Source of the DNA: Eledone cirrhosa
Taxonomy: Eukaryota
Assembly (NCBI GenBank): GCA_964016885.1
Contig: CAXHJY010000988.1
Location: 102,147-166,146, forward strand
DNA: 64,000 nucleotides
Direction: 5' to 3'
In this document: positions 41,698-53,200 of the stretch, one piece after another
Layout of the letters: every line of letters starts with the position of its first letter
How positions within the stretch are numbered: the first letter of the stretch is position 1
Program-made: the position numbers and the translations under genes
Notes under the pieces: model-generated
Told to the model about the DNA's origin: nothing
What the model saw: the letters and a program-made list of their open reading frames with translations, nothing else
Database searches by the model: none

Positions 41698-41876
41698 ACA
41701 ACATCAGTGTCCTGGAGAAAGGAGATTTACATGTGCAGGCAACTGTTGGACTTCCATTAAAAAACAGCTTGCTCAGGCTTGTGCTTTAGAAATGCAAAGA
41801 TATGTTCAGACAATCATGGGTATGAAAGCAGAGGTCCTGTTCCTGTGTGTGAATGGTGTACATATGGATACATATA

Positions 41877-42000
41877 CTAGGGTCTGTTAAAAAGTTCATA
41901 CGAGAGTAAGCTGAAAAGTTCATAGGCTGACATGAAATTACCAAATGAGGTTTATTCTTCCTCATAGTCAGCCTATGAACTTTTCAACTGACTCTTGCAT
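41877..42000. mobile_element. Mariner-type MITE fragment
   Basis: ctgaaaagttcataggctgac ... gtcagcctatgaacttttca. Confidence 0.6.
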
Positions 42001-42445
42001 GTGTGTCACATTTAAAGAACAATAAAACACATTTCTAATAGTTTATCATAAAAATATTATTTTATGACTAGTGGATGTTTTTTTTGTTGCACTGTTCAAA
42101 TTATAAGAGCTGTTATATTCTGTCTATGGTCTGCAAATATTCCTGTGACAAGTCTGAACAGTGAACCAGGCTCACATAAAATTCAAACAAAATATTGAGT
42201 TGTTTTGTATATTTTGAAGAGAGCAATAAAAATAATGTCAACAAGTTATAAAAACTTGACAGTATATTATTAAAAACATGCTAATATATGTTCAATAGTA
42301 CACTAGCATAAACAGACAATGATATACATTCATAATAGACGTTCACTTGTCTAAATGAATGTATGTGTGTGTGTATGTGTGTGTATGTGTGTGTATGTGT
42401 GTGTATGTATGCCTGTATATATGTATGTATGTTTGTATGTATGTG

Positions 42446-42950
42446 TTTCTCTTTCTCTTAATTTCGACTATATTTTTTTGACTGGCCACCTTCCTGGTGG
42501 CAAGGTTGTAAAAGAAAAGAAATTGTCATCCCTTGAATCGCAAGAATGTTTTGCAAATGTTCAAGGTGCCAGCTATCGCAGCCATTTGCAGACTATGAAT
42601 TAGGGAGCTGCGCCCTTTGTCCACAAATCCAAGTTCAGTCATACTTTGGTCCAAGCGGGTTGGTATATAACCCGTAGCTCCAATAATGATGGGTATGAAG
42701 CTGAAGGTGTATCTTGGATACTGGATCTGCAAACTCCTCATCAATGGTCCGTAGATGTCCTCCTTCCCTTGTATATTTGTTACAACGTTTACATCAAGTG
42801 GGCAGCTGATCTCCACAACAGAATACGTTTTCAATGCGTGGTCCCAAACAACAATATCAGGCCGGTTGTGCTTTAATTTGGTGGCAGTTTTTATTTTCAG
42901 ATACCACCAGTATTCTTTAGTGCCATCTATCTCAACATATTCCTCCGCCT
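42446..42950 (-). mobile_element. 5'-truncated RLE non-LTR retrotransposon (R4/Dong-like), family 1
   Basis: KHNRPDI...VVEISCPLDVN...KEDIY..L......F.FIPIIIGATG...LNICKTF. Flanked by (TATG)n. Confidence 0.75.
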
Positions 42951-43009
42951 ATGTATGAATGTATGTATGTGTGTGTGTATGAATGTATGTATGTGTGTAT
43001 GTAGGTATA

Positions 43010-44062
43010 TATGTTCTTCTGGTTTTATAATTTCACAAAGTTTTACCAATAGAGAAAGAGTCGGTTTCTAACATAGACACAAGACTCTCTCATTGGAATT
43101 TATACAACATCAACTAGGTAGATATGTATGTATATCTGCATGCATGCATGTGTAGATATGGATGTTATTGTATGTGTGGATGTGTATGTTTTGAGTTGTA
43201 TGTGTGCATGTGTATATGCTTTGTATCTGTACATGTGTATATGCAGTTATTAGATGCAAAATGTTTGGAATGTTTTACATATTTTTACTGTTCCATTAAT
43301 GGATTGTACTTGTAATTTCCTAACTAGTTGTGTTCTTTCTGTTCCTGTGAAGCCTAGCTTCTCAAGATTTGTATTGAGGCAGTTACTAACATATCCCAGT
43401 GCCCCAATAATCACAGCCATAAATCTGAAGGTGTAATCAGGGAGAAGTATCTGCTGATTTCTCATCAGTTCTGCATAAATATTCTCCTTTTCACTAATCT
43501 TTGATATTATATTGGCATCTGCTGGGCAGCTAATTTCCACTACTGTGCATGTTTTCTTCTCCCTGTCCCATATCATAATATCTGGTCTGTTATGCCTGCA
43601 TTTTATTGGGGTTTTTACTGGAATATTCCACCAGTACTCTTTCATATTATGTACATGGATGTCTTCCACATTGTTGTAGCTTTTAATGTGTTTATTATCG
43701 GGGCTATCTTTTTTACGAACTGCATGGTACAGTGTTTTGGCCACTACATCATGCCTCATAGGTAGATAGTACCACGATAACATCTTTGAACAGCTGCTGA
43801 TGACATGAGTGATATCTTTGATGTTAGTTCTGCAGAGTCTGCACTTGTTATCACGTCTAGGTGTTTTGCCTGCATCCCTATCTCTTTTGTGAATCAGATA
43901 TTTTGTGCTAATCTCCTGTTCTTGGATTGCAAAAGCGTATCCTTCAAAGTGGGAGCCAATATAGCGGTTGTTGGTCCAAGATAGACTACTTTCCTTATCT
44001 ATATTACTCTCACTCTGGAGCTTCCTGGCAACATATCCATGCATGATTTTTTGCTGATAGGA
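43010..44062 (-). mobile_element. 5'-truncated RLE non-LTR retrotransposon (R4/Dong-like), family 2
   Basis: MHG...EGYAFAIQEQEISTK...CRLC..KDITHVISSC..Y..RHDVVA...NRPDI...VEISCP...KENIY..L...VIIGALG: CCHC knuckle plus PD-(D/E)xK RLE. Confidence 0.85.
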
Positions 44063-44199
44063 TGTATGTATGTATGTATGTATGTATGTATGTATGTATG
44101 TATGTATGTATGTATGTATGTATGTATATGTGTATGTATGTGTATGTGTATATGTATGTATGTGTATATGTATGCATGTATGTGTGTATGTAGGTATGT

Positions 44200-44743
44200 A
44201 TGTTCTTCTGGTTTTATAATTTCACAAAGTTTTACCAATAGAGAAAGAGTCGGTTTCTAACATAGACACAAGACTCTCTCATTGGAATTTACACAACATC
44301 AACTAGGTAGATATGTATGTATATCTGCATACATGCATGTGTAGATATGGATGTTATTGTATGTGTGGATGTGGATGTTTTGAGTTGTATGTGTGCATGT
44401 GTATATGCTTTGTATCTGTACATGTGTATATGCAGTTATTAGATGCAACATTTTTGGAATGTTTTGTCTATTTTTACTGTTCCATTAATGGATTGTACTT
44501 GTAATTTCCTAACTAATTGTGTTCTTTCTGTTCCTGTAAAGCCTAGCTTCTCAGGATTTGTATTGAGGTAGTTTCTAACATACCCCAGTGCCCCAATAAT
44601 CACAGGCATAAATCTGAAGGTGTAATCAGGGTGGAGTATCTGCAGATTTCTCATCAGTTCTGCATTAACATTCTCCTTTTCACTAATCTTTGATATTATA
44701 TTGGCATCTGTTGGGCAGCTAATTTCCACTACTGTGCATGCTT
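44200..44743 (-). mobile_element. Second, shorter 5'-truncated copy of RLE family 2
   Basis: Near-identical to 43010-43550, with the same 3' end and (TATG)n flanks. Confidence 0.85.
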
Positions 44744-44990
44744 TATGTATGTATGTGTGTATGTATGTATGTGTGTATGTATATATGTATGTATGTGTGT
44801 GCATATGTGATGTGTGTGTATGTTTTCAGAAAAGGTAGGAAGAGAAAAATAAATGGTTGAATTTTCCCCGTCAGAATATGAAGATATTGCTACCAGCTAA
44901 AGTTGCTACTTAGATCAGCCAGTGAACATATATATGAATTTAATCCCTTATCTTTGTATCAATTCCCACATATATATAAATATATATATA

Positions 44991-45254
44991 TCATCATCAT
45001 CATCATCATCATCACCGTTTTACGCTAGCATGGGTTAGACGGGTTGTCCTGTTGTTGGCAGTGTCCGATCGGCTGACCATGCCTTGCTCATACAGGAACT
45101 GATTCTGGCTTGATTTCTACAGCTGGATGCCCTTCCTAACACCAACCTTATTTACAGTGAGTGCTGGGTGCTTTTTTTCCGTGGCGCCTACACGTCCACT
45201 TTACAGTGTGGGCTGGGTGCTTTTTTGCCGTGGGACCTCCACAACCACTTGGCA

Positions 45255-45255
<1 letters not shown>
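44991..45255 (-). mobile_element. SINE 3' part with (GAT)n tail
   Basis: (CAT)n...gctagcatggg...ctacagctggatgcccttcctaacaccaacc. Confidence 0.7.
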
Positions 45256-45289
<34 letters not shown>

Positions 45290-45492
45290 TATGTACACGT
45301 ACATACATATATGTATACCAACGTACAGTAGTATGTATATATATATATACATACATGCACACATATATATATGCACGCATGGATTCACCGAACATTTATT
45401 ATAATGCTCGGTGTGTTTGTAAACAAACATCCCGTATTAAGCTGTAGTGTCTAGCAACCACCGTTGCTCGTTTGTTCAACACTGACAAAGGA

Positions 45493-45535
45493 ACGCTGTA
45501 CTAGTTTCAAGCTTGTTAGCTATCGTCAGCAACGT
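45493..45535 (-). ncRNA. Minimal type I hammerhead ribozyme (family E, inverted copy)
   Basis: Minus strand: ACGTTG-CTGACGA...GAAACTAGTA-CAGCGT, with a 6-bp stem I. Confidence 0.8.
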
Positions 45536-45783
45536 ATACCTTACATGTATGTATATATATACATACTACTGTACGTCGGTATACATATATGTATGTACGT
45601 GTACATACTTATATTTAAGTAACAGCCGTACTAAGAGTGGGAAATGAAATATCGTTTCATTTTTTCCGTTTATCGTTTTCGGTGCACCCGGCCGATTAAC
45701 CCACTCGATATGCAAATTGGGCTACTCAGCCGTTAATATGCATAAGGTAAGTATATACGTTCAACAATCTGGCAGGAAGGTAT

Positions 45784-45826
45784 ACGTTGCTGACGATAGC
45801 TAACAAGCTTGAAACTAGTACAGCAT
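45784..45826 (+). ncRNA. Minimal type I hammerhead ribozyme (family E)
   Basis: GTTG-CTGACGA-T-AGC-taacaa-GCT-T-GAA-ACTAGT(palindrome)-A-CAGC. Confidence 0.78.
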
Positions 45827-46089
45827 TCCTTTGTCAGTGTTGAACAAACGAGCAACGGTGGTTGCTAGACACTACGGCTTAATACGGGATGTTTGTTTAC
45901 AAACACACCGAGCATTATAATAAATGTTCGGTGAATCCATGCGTGCATATATATATGTGTGCATGTATGTATATATATATATACATACTACTGTACGTCG
46001 GTATACATATATGTATGTACGTGTACATACTTATATTTAAGTAACAGCCGTATTAAGAGTGGGAAATGAAATATCGTTTCATTTTTTCC

Positions 46090-46142
<53 letters not shown>

Positions 46143-46145
<3 letters not shown>

Positions 46146-47093
46146 GTAGAGCACTCAGTCCATGGGACGAGTTAGGTGGAAGTGGTTACACAACAGTTAG
46201 TTCACCATACCGAGAACAATTGTTTCACCTTAGCAGATCCTCAGCTCGTAATGGACATGGTTATACGGAACAGGAAGGACAACCGTACGAACGCGCATGC
46301 GCAGAAACGATCACTTTACACAGGCAATACTAAATTGCGTGCGAGAGGCAATACTAAATTGCGTGCGAAAGTCCGAAAGTTTCTAGTTGATAAGAAAATT
46401 AGGATGTTGTTGTAATTCAATCCGGCGCTTTGTAGTTATGTAAGAGGTGTTTCCAGACGCGTGGACAACGTGTGAAGAATTCATTTCTCGTGTTTAGGCA
46501 ATCATTATTGCATAATCTCTTTAGAATATTTATTCGTTCATCAATACATAGTCCACACGACGGATTGCCCCTTGCGTATGGCTTGGGTACCCGTATGGTT
46601 TTGGTACAAAACTCGCGAGCCACGTATGGTCTCTCAAGGACTCAAGTATAGACTACTCCATCCAATGGAAAGCCATCACTAAGTCCAAGCCATACGCAAG
46701 GGGCAATCCGTCGTGTGGACTATGTATTGATGAACGAATAAATATTCTAAAGAGATTACGCAATAGTGATTGCCTAAACACGAGATATGAATTCTTCACA
46801 CGTTGTCCACGCGTCTGGAAACACCTCTTACATAACTACAAAGCTCTGGATTGAATTACAACAACATCCTAATTTTCTTATCAACTAGAAACTTTCGGAC
46901 TTTCGCAGTTATCTCCCTTACACCTCTCACATGCAATTTAGTATTGCCTGTGTGAATTGATCGTTTCTGCGCATGCGCGTTCGTACGGTTATACTTCCTG
47001 TTCCGTATAACCATGTCCATTACGAGCTGAGGATCCGCTATGGTGAAACAATTGTTCTCGGTATGGTAAACTAACTGTTGTGTAACCACTTTT
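46143..47093. mobile_element. Head-to-head palindromic PLE 3'-end insertion within (TA)n
   Basis: ~400-bp inverted arms (46180-46587 vs 46685-47091). PLE C-terminal peptide KPY...CGLCIDERINIL...CLNTRNEFFTRCPR. HHR in each arm. Confidence 0.8.
47023..47060 (+). ncRNA. Minimal type I hammerhead ribozyme (family F); inverted copy at 46211-46248 (-)
   Basis: CGAG-CTGAGGA-T-CCG-cta-TGG-T-GAA-ACAATTGT(palindrome)-T-CTCG. Stem I is extended by CCAT/ATGG. Confidence 0.78.
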
Positions 47094-47103
47094 ATATATA
47101 TAT

Positions 47104-47410
47104 TTGTTTTGCAAGGTTTTTTATATGAAATCGTGTGTTGAAACAGATATTGTTATATTTGGGGAGGGTCATATTGTTGTAATAATATTGTCAGAAATAA
47201 TAACAGAACACACTCACTGTTTGGTTGGTTTTCGCTTCTGTATCTTTTATATCACCATAGTTAATTTATTTGGCAATCAATGTTTATCATTGACTGACTA
47301 ACGGTTAAAAATACAGATATAAATATATATATAGTCTAACAAAGTTCTTTCGTTGCACATCTGCAACATCATCAGTGGTACTATTATGTTTCCTCCTATT
47401 GTATTGTAAT
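47104..47410 (-). mobile_element. PLE pLTR fragment (family A') with HHR at ~47337-47379
   Basis: Minus strand: acca-CTGATGA-T-GTTGCA-gatg-TGCAAC-GAAAGAACTT-tgtt. The terminus resembles 31800-31870. Confidence 0.7.
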
Positions 47411-47559
47411 GCGAATCCAAAGTCAGGTTCGATCCACAAATAGATTGCACCTTGAGCTGTTCACTGGAGAAACAATTGTAATACGTTAATAAATTGTGTT
47501 CCGATGCATCACTGATTCTTCATCTTCCATATCATTGTACTCTCCGTAGAAGCATAGAG

Positions 47560-48013
47560 TGCTCAACTGACATACTACAATGTCACTGGACTGAGATCTT
47601 TGGCGCTATGCAGTAATACAAAAGACCCGCCTTGCCTAAGTGCAAAGTGAAACCTACAGTCAGTAGGCACCTCTTACCAAAATACACCCCATCCCACTAC
47701 ACCCCCCCCCTCGATGTAAAGTTATGTTGGTACCACAACATCCAGTCCGAAATAAATGAGGTCGTGTAGGTGTCACGACAAAAAAACACACAGTCCACGC
47801 TGTAATGTGGCCGTGTAGGTAACACGGTAAAAACCTCCCAGTCCACACTGTAAATGTCGTTGGTTTTAGGAAGGGCATCCGGCCGTAGAAAACCTGCCAG
47901 ACAGTCCTATATGAGCAAGACAACCAATCTTGCCTCAAGTGGGAAAATTCCTGTCCAAACCCATGCTACCGTGGAAGATGGACGTTAAACGATGATGATG
48001 ATGATGATGATGA
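47560..48013 (+). mobile_element. 5'-truncated copy of the RTE element
   Basis: Matches 26583-27040, including the (GAT)n tail. Confidence 0.85.
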
Positions 48014-48163
48014 TATAATAATATAATAATATATGTAGAAATAAACAGTAAATTCCGTGTCTAAAATTACGAGGGTAGAGAATGCCACAAATGTTTTATA
48101 TATTTAACCTGAAACATACAGTAGGATATAAAATTATATACAGACCGTATCAATAACCATTTC

Positions 48164-48252
48164 ATCTCTCGGACAGATTAGAGATTTAATCTGTTTCGCC
48201 CTGAAAATTGTGTTTGTAACAGATAAGCCGTAGGCTTTCCTCAGCGAGAGAT
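48164..48252 (-). ncRNA. Full-stem type I hammerhead ribozyme (family G)
   Basis: Minus strand: ATCTCTCG-CTGAGGA-aa-GCCT...GGGC-GAA-ACAGATTA-aatctc-TAATCTGT-C-CGAGAGAT. 8-bp stems I and III, GUC site. Confidence 0.85.
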
Positions 48253-48901
48253 AAGATCAAATGAAACAAAACACATCTAACAACAACTCACAGGAGTAAA
48301 TAATACAGGGTATCAATATGAGTTAATAACTCTGTATTTTATTTGTATTTTATTTTATTTTTTTATATATATATATATATATAAATTTGAATGACTTACA
48401 TCCGTCTTTCCGCCACACGCTATAGACGACTGAGGAAGGAAGAGGTGATGACAAACTACAGAAAACAGTGTCTAACATTCACTACACTTGTGTGTACAAT
48501 CTACACACACACATATAAACATACATATCAGCATGTTGAAAAAAATTCTTTATTACCAAAATTTCTGCGACAGAGAACAACCAAAATATCATTTTTGCTC
48601 ATCAACTGTTAAACTGGAATGGACACTATGTAATTTCATATCAATTACTAATGGTATTAAAGGTCCATGCCAGGATATGAGAGAATGGTGGGGGGTGGGG
48701 TCCATCCTGTAGATAAGACAATACAGAACAACATAGTAAATATATTGGAAATAAACAAAGGAACAGAATAAGATATGGGTTAGGGAACAAAATATCTTTC
48801 AACAGACAACAAAATAAACTAAACAATACTATTGTGGGGGCTGTGGACACTCGTAACTCCTGAAGGAGTCATTGGGGCGCTATAGGGACATATGGTGGTT
48901 C

Positions 48902-49114
48902 TTAAGCCTTTAGTATTTAAACCGGCCAGAATTCTCTCACCTCTTTCTCTTCAAACCGGTTGTAACCAACCACTCATACTGATATTAAAGTATTGTTCTC
49001 AAAATAAATAATATCAAAATCTCATGGATTCGATATTATGTGAGATAATTAAGTGAGGTAAAGCCTTTGCCATGAAAATATAATAGTAAATATATATATA
49101 TGCTAAAGGGTTAA
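48902..49114 (+). mobile_element. piggyBac-type TTAA MITE (unexpanded)
   Basis: TTAA-gcctttagtattt ... atgctaaaggg-TTAA. Confidence 0.8.
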
Positions 49115-49647
49115 GGCATTTTGTTTTTAAACCTGGCAGAGCCCATCCCCTCTCCAGGCCTAAGTACAGCAGATTCCTTCCAGAGAAGGCTATAGAGGGG
49201 GAGAGAAAGTCAGATAAGCAATCATCGGAGAGTGAAAACAGAATCTTCTTCAGATGTATGATCTGTCTTTGATTATCATGGGTGAGAACATTATGGTGGC
49301 TGGATCATTGACCTATTTATATAAATTATTAGGTCCAAAAATACAGTGCTGGGCAGGGGTGCAATTTCACTGCTTCCCATAGGGGGTATTTTCCCTAGTT
49401 ACAATTCTAAGAAGGAATATTGAAGATTTTCATCTGAAAACGAATACAAAGTATGGAACTTTCTTGTCTCATAACCATGGGTTGACCAATATCTTGATAG
49501 TGGAATTTGGTAGATGGTAACTATGAAGGTGCTGGTAGCATATATGTATATGGGTATGTGTTTGTCTGTGTTGATATGTTTACAGATATAAAATCTGATG
49601 TGATATAGATTGTTTAACTGCCAGTATGAAGTATTAGAGTTGATAAT

Positions 49648-49799
49648 TTAGGCACAACGTCAGTAGTATTAGGGCGAGGGGTAATTCGGTTATATTGACC
49701 CACCAGTACTTGACTTTACTACTGTAATTTATGGACCCCAGATGGAGGATGAAAGGCAAGGTAGGCCTTGACGAAATTTGAACTCAAAGTGCAAAAACA

Positions 49800-49846
<47 letters not shown>

Positions 49847-49890
49847 GCAAAGCATTGAATCTGATGTTTTAATTAGTCTGCCAATCCCCT
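49648..49890 (-). mobile_element. SINE with internal poly(A) expansion
   Basis: Similar to 29508-29705. Confidence 0.55.
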
Positions 49891-50002
49891 GAGTTAATAT
49901 GATTGATGAAAATCCTTGATGGTAACTAAAATCATTCGACATGGCTGCAGTCCAATGACTGACACCAGTGAAAGAATATAAGAATCTACATAAATCTTGT
50001 TA

Positions 50003-50222
50003 TCATCAGCATCATTATCATCATCATCATCATCATCATGATCACCAGTTAGCATCATTTTTCCATGGGTTAAACAGGTCGTCCACATTGGGAGACAAGT
50101 CTAGCCACAATTGGCCATACCGGACCATGCACTGACAGGACTGTAAATTTGGCCAGGGATTTTACAGCTGGATGCCCTTCCTAACACCAACGACATTTAC
50201 AGTGTGGGTCTGGATGGCACGA
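50003..50222 (-). mobile_element. SINE/RTE tail abutting the satellite
   Basis: (CAT)n...tttacagctggatgcccttcctaacaccaac. Confidence 0.65.
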
Positions 50223-50225
50223 TTA

Positions 50226-53200
50226 TGAGGAGGAACAGGACAGTTGGCTGCACCAAACCCCTATCACAGTGGAACTACAGTCTGGGAGAGGAGGAACAGG
50301 ACAGTTGGCTGCACCAAACCCCTATCACAGTGGAACTACAGTCTGAGAGAGGAGGAACAGGCCAGTTGGCTGCACCAAACCCCTATCACAGTGGAACTAC
50401 AGTCTGAGAGAGGAGGAACAGGCCAGTTGGCTGCACCAAACCCGTATCACAGTGGAACTACAGTCTGAGAGAGGAGGAACAGGCCAGTTGGCTGCACCAA
50501 ACCCCTATCACAGTAGAACTACAGTCTGGGAGAGGAGGAACAGGCCAGTTGGCTGCACCAAACCCCTATCACAGTAGAACTACAGTCTGGGAGAGGAGGA
50601 ACAGGACAGTTGGCTGCACCAAACCCATATCACAGTGGAACTACAGTCTGGGAGAGGAGGAACAGGACAGTTGGCTGTACCAAACCCCTATCACAGTGGA
50701 ACTACAGTCTGGGAGAGGAGGAACAGGCCAGTTGGCTGCACCAAACCCCTATCACAGTAGAACTACAGTCTGGGAGAGGAGGAACAGGCCAGTTGGCTGC
50801 ACCAAACCCCTATCACAGTAGAACTACAGTCTGGGAGAGGAGGAACAGGACAGTTGGCTGCACCAAACCCCTATCACAGTGGAACTACAGTCTGAGAGAG
50901 GAGGAACAGGCCAGTTGGCTGCACCAAACCCCTATCACAGTAGAACTACAGTCTGGGAGAGGAGGAACAGGCCAGTTGGCTGCACCAAACCCCTATCACA
51001 GTAGAACTACAGTCTGGGAGAGGAGGAACAGGCCAGTTGGCTGCACCAAACCCCTATCACAGTAGAACTACAGTCTGGGAGAGGAGGAACAGGACAGTTG
51101 GCTGCACCAAACCCCTATCACAGTAGAACTACAGTCTGGGAGAGGAGGAACAGGACAGTTGGCTGCACCAAACCCATATCACAGTGGAACTACAGTCTGG
51201 GAGAGGAGGAACAGGACAGTTGGCTGTACCAAACCCCTATCACAGTGGAACTACAGTCTGGGAGAGGAGGAACAGGCCAGTTGGCTGCACCAAACCCCTA
51301 TCACAGTAGAACTACAGTCTGGGAGAGGAGGAACAGGCCAGTTGGCTGCACCAAACCCCTATCACAGTAGAACTACAGTCTGGGAGAGGAGGAACAGGAC
51401 AGTTGGCTGCACCAAACCCCTATCACAGTGGAACTACAGTCTGGGAGAGGAGGAACAGGCCAGTTGGCTGCACCAAACCCCTATCACAGTGGAACTACAG
51501 TCTGGGAGAGGAGGAACAGGACAGTTGGTTGCACCAAACCCATATCACAGTGGAACTACAGTCTGGGAGAGGAGGAACAGGACAGTTGGCTGTACCAAAC
51601 CCCTATCACAGTGGAACTACAGTCTGGGAGAGGAGGAACAGGACAGTTGGCTGCACCAAACCCCTATCACAGTAGAACTACAGTCTGGGAGAGGAGGAAC
51701 AGGACAGTTGGCTGCACCAAACCCCTATCACAGTGGAACTACAGTCTGAGAGAGGAGGAACAGGCCAGTTGGCTGCACCAAACCCCTATCACAGTAGAAC
51801 TACAGTCTGAGAGAGGAGGAACAGGCCAGTTGGCTGCACCAAACCCCTATCACAGTAGAACTACAGTCTGAGAGAGGAGGAACAGGCCAGTTGGCTGCAC
51901 CAAACCCCTATCACAGTGGAACTACAGTCTGGGAGAGGAGGAACAGGACAGTTGGCTGCACCAAACCCATATCACAGTGGAACTACAGTCTGGGAGAGGA
52001 GGAACAGGACAGTTGGCTGTACCAAACCCCTATCACAGTAGAACTACAGTCTGGGAGAGGAGGAACAGGACAGTTGGCTGCACCAAACCCCTATCACAGT
52101 GGAACTACAGTCTGGGAGAGGAGGAACAGGACAGTTGGCTGCACCAAACCCCTATCACAGTGGAAATACAGTCTGAGAGAGGAGGAACAGGCCAGTTGGC
52201 TGCACCAAACCCCTATCACAGTAGAACTACAGTCTGAGAGAGGAGGAACAGGCCAGTTGGCTGCACCAAACCCCTATCACAGTAGAACTACAGTCTGGGA
52301 GAGGAGGAACAGGACAGTTGGCTGCACCAAACCCATATCACAGTGGAACTACAGTCTGGGAGAGGAGGAACAGGACAGTTGGCTGCACCAAACCCCTATC
52401 ACAGTGGAACTACAGTCTGGGAGAGGAGGAACAGGACAGTTGGCTGCACCAAACCCCTATCACAGTAGAACTACAGTCTGGGAGAGGAGGAACAGGACAG
52501 TTGGCTGCACCAAACCCATATCACAGTGGAACTACAGTCTGGGAGAGGAGGAACAGGACAGTTGGCTGCACCAAACCCCTATCACAGTGGAACTACAGTC
52601 TGAGAGAGGAGGAACAGGCCAGTTGGCTGCACCAAACCCCTATCACAGTAGAACTACAGTCTGAGAGAGGAGGAACAGGCCAGTTGGCTGCACCAAACCC
52701 CTATCACAGTAGAACTACAGTCTGGGAGAGGAGGAACAGGACAGTTGGCTGCACCAAACCCCTATCACAGTGGAACTACAGTCTGAGAGAGGAGGAACAG
52801 GCCAGTTGGCTGCACCAAACCCCTATCACAGTAGAACTACAGTCTGAGAGAGGAGGAACAGGCCAGTTGGCTGCACCAAACCCCTATCACAGTAGAACTA
52901 CAGTCTGGGAGAGGAGGAACAGGACAGTTGGCTGCACCAAACCCCTATCACAGTGGAACTACAGTCTGAGAGAGGAGGAACAGGCCAGTTGGCTGCACCA
53001 AACCCCTATCACAGTAGAACTACAGTCTGAGAGAGGAGGAACAGGCCAGTTGGCTGCACCAAACCCCTATCACAGTAGAACTACAGTCTGGGAGAGGAGG
53101 AACAGGACAGTTGGCTGCACCAAACCCATATCACAGTGGAACTACAGTCTGGGAGAGGAGGAACAGGACAGTTGGCTGCACCAAACCCCTATCACAGTGG

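Larger units (their letters stand above)
45283..46093. mobile_element. Non-coding HHR element (retrozyme/mini-PLE candidate): inverted copy plus partial tandem of a ~422-bp monomer, within (TA)n
   Basis: 45283-45542 is the reverse complement of ~45778-46035. 45545-45672 is a direct repeat of ~45962-46093. (TA)n on both sides. Confidence 0.75.

Noticed and set aside
48426-48475. CTGAGGA...GAAAAC hammerhead-like motif
   Set aside because: Stems I and II cannot be paired convincingly. At most a heavily decayed relic.
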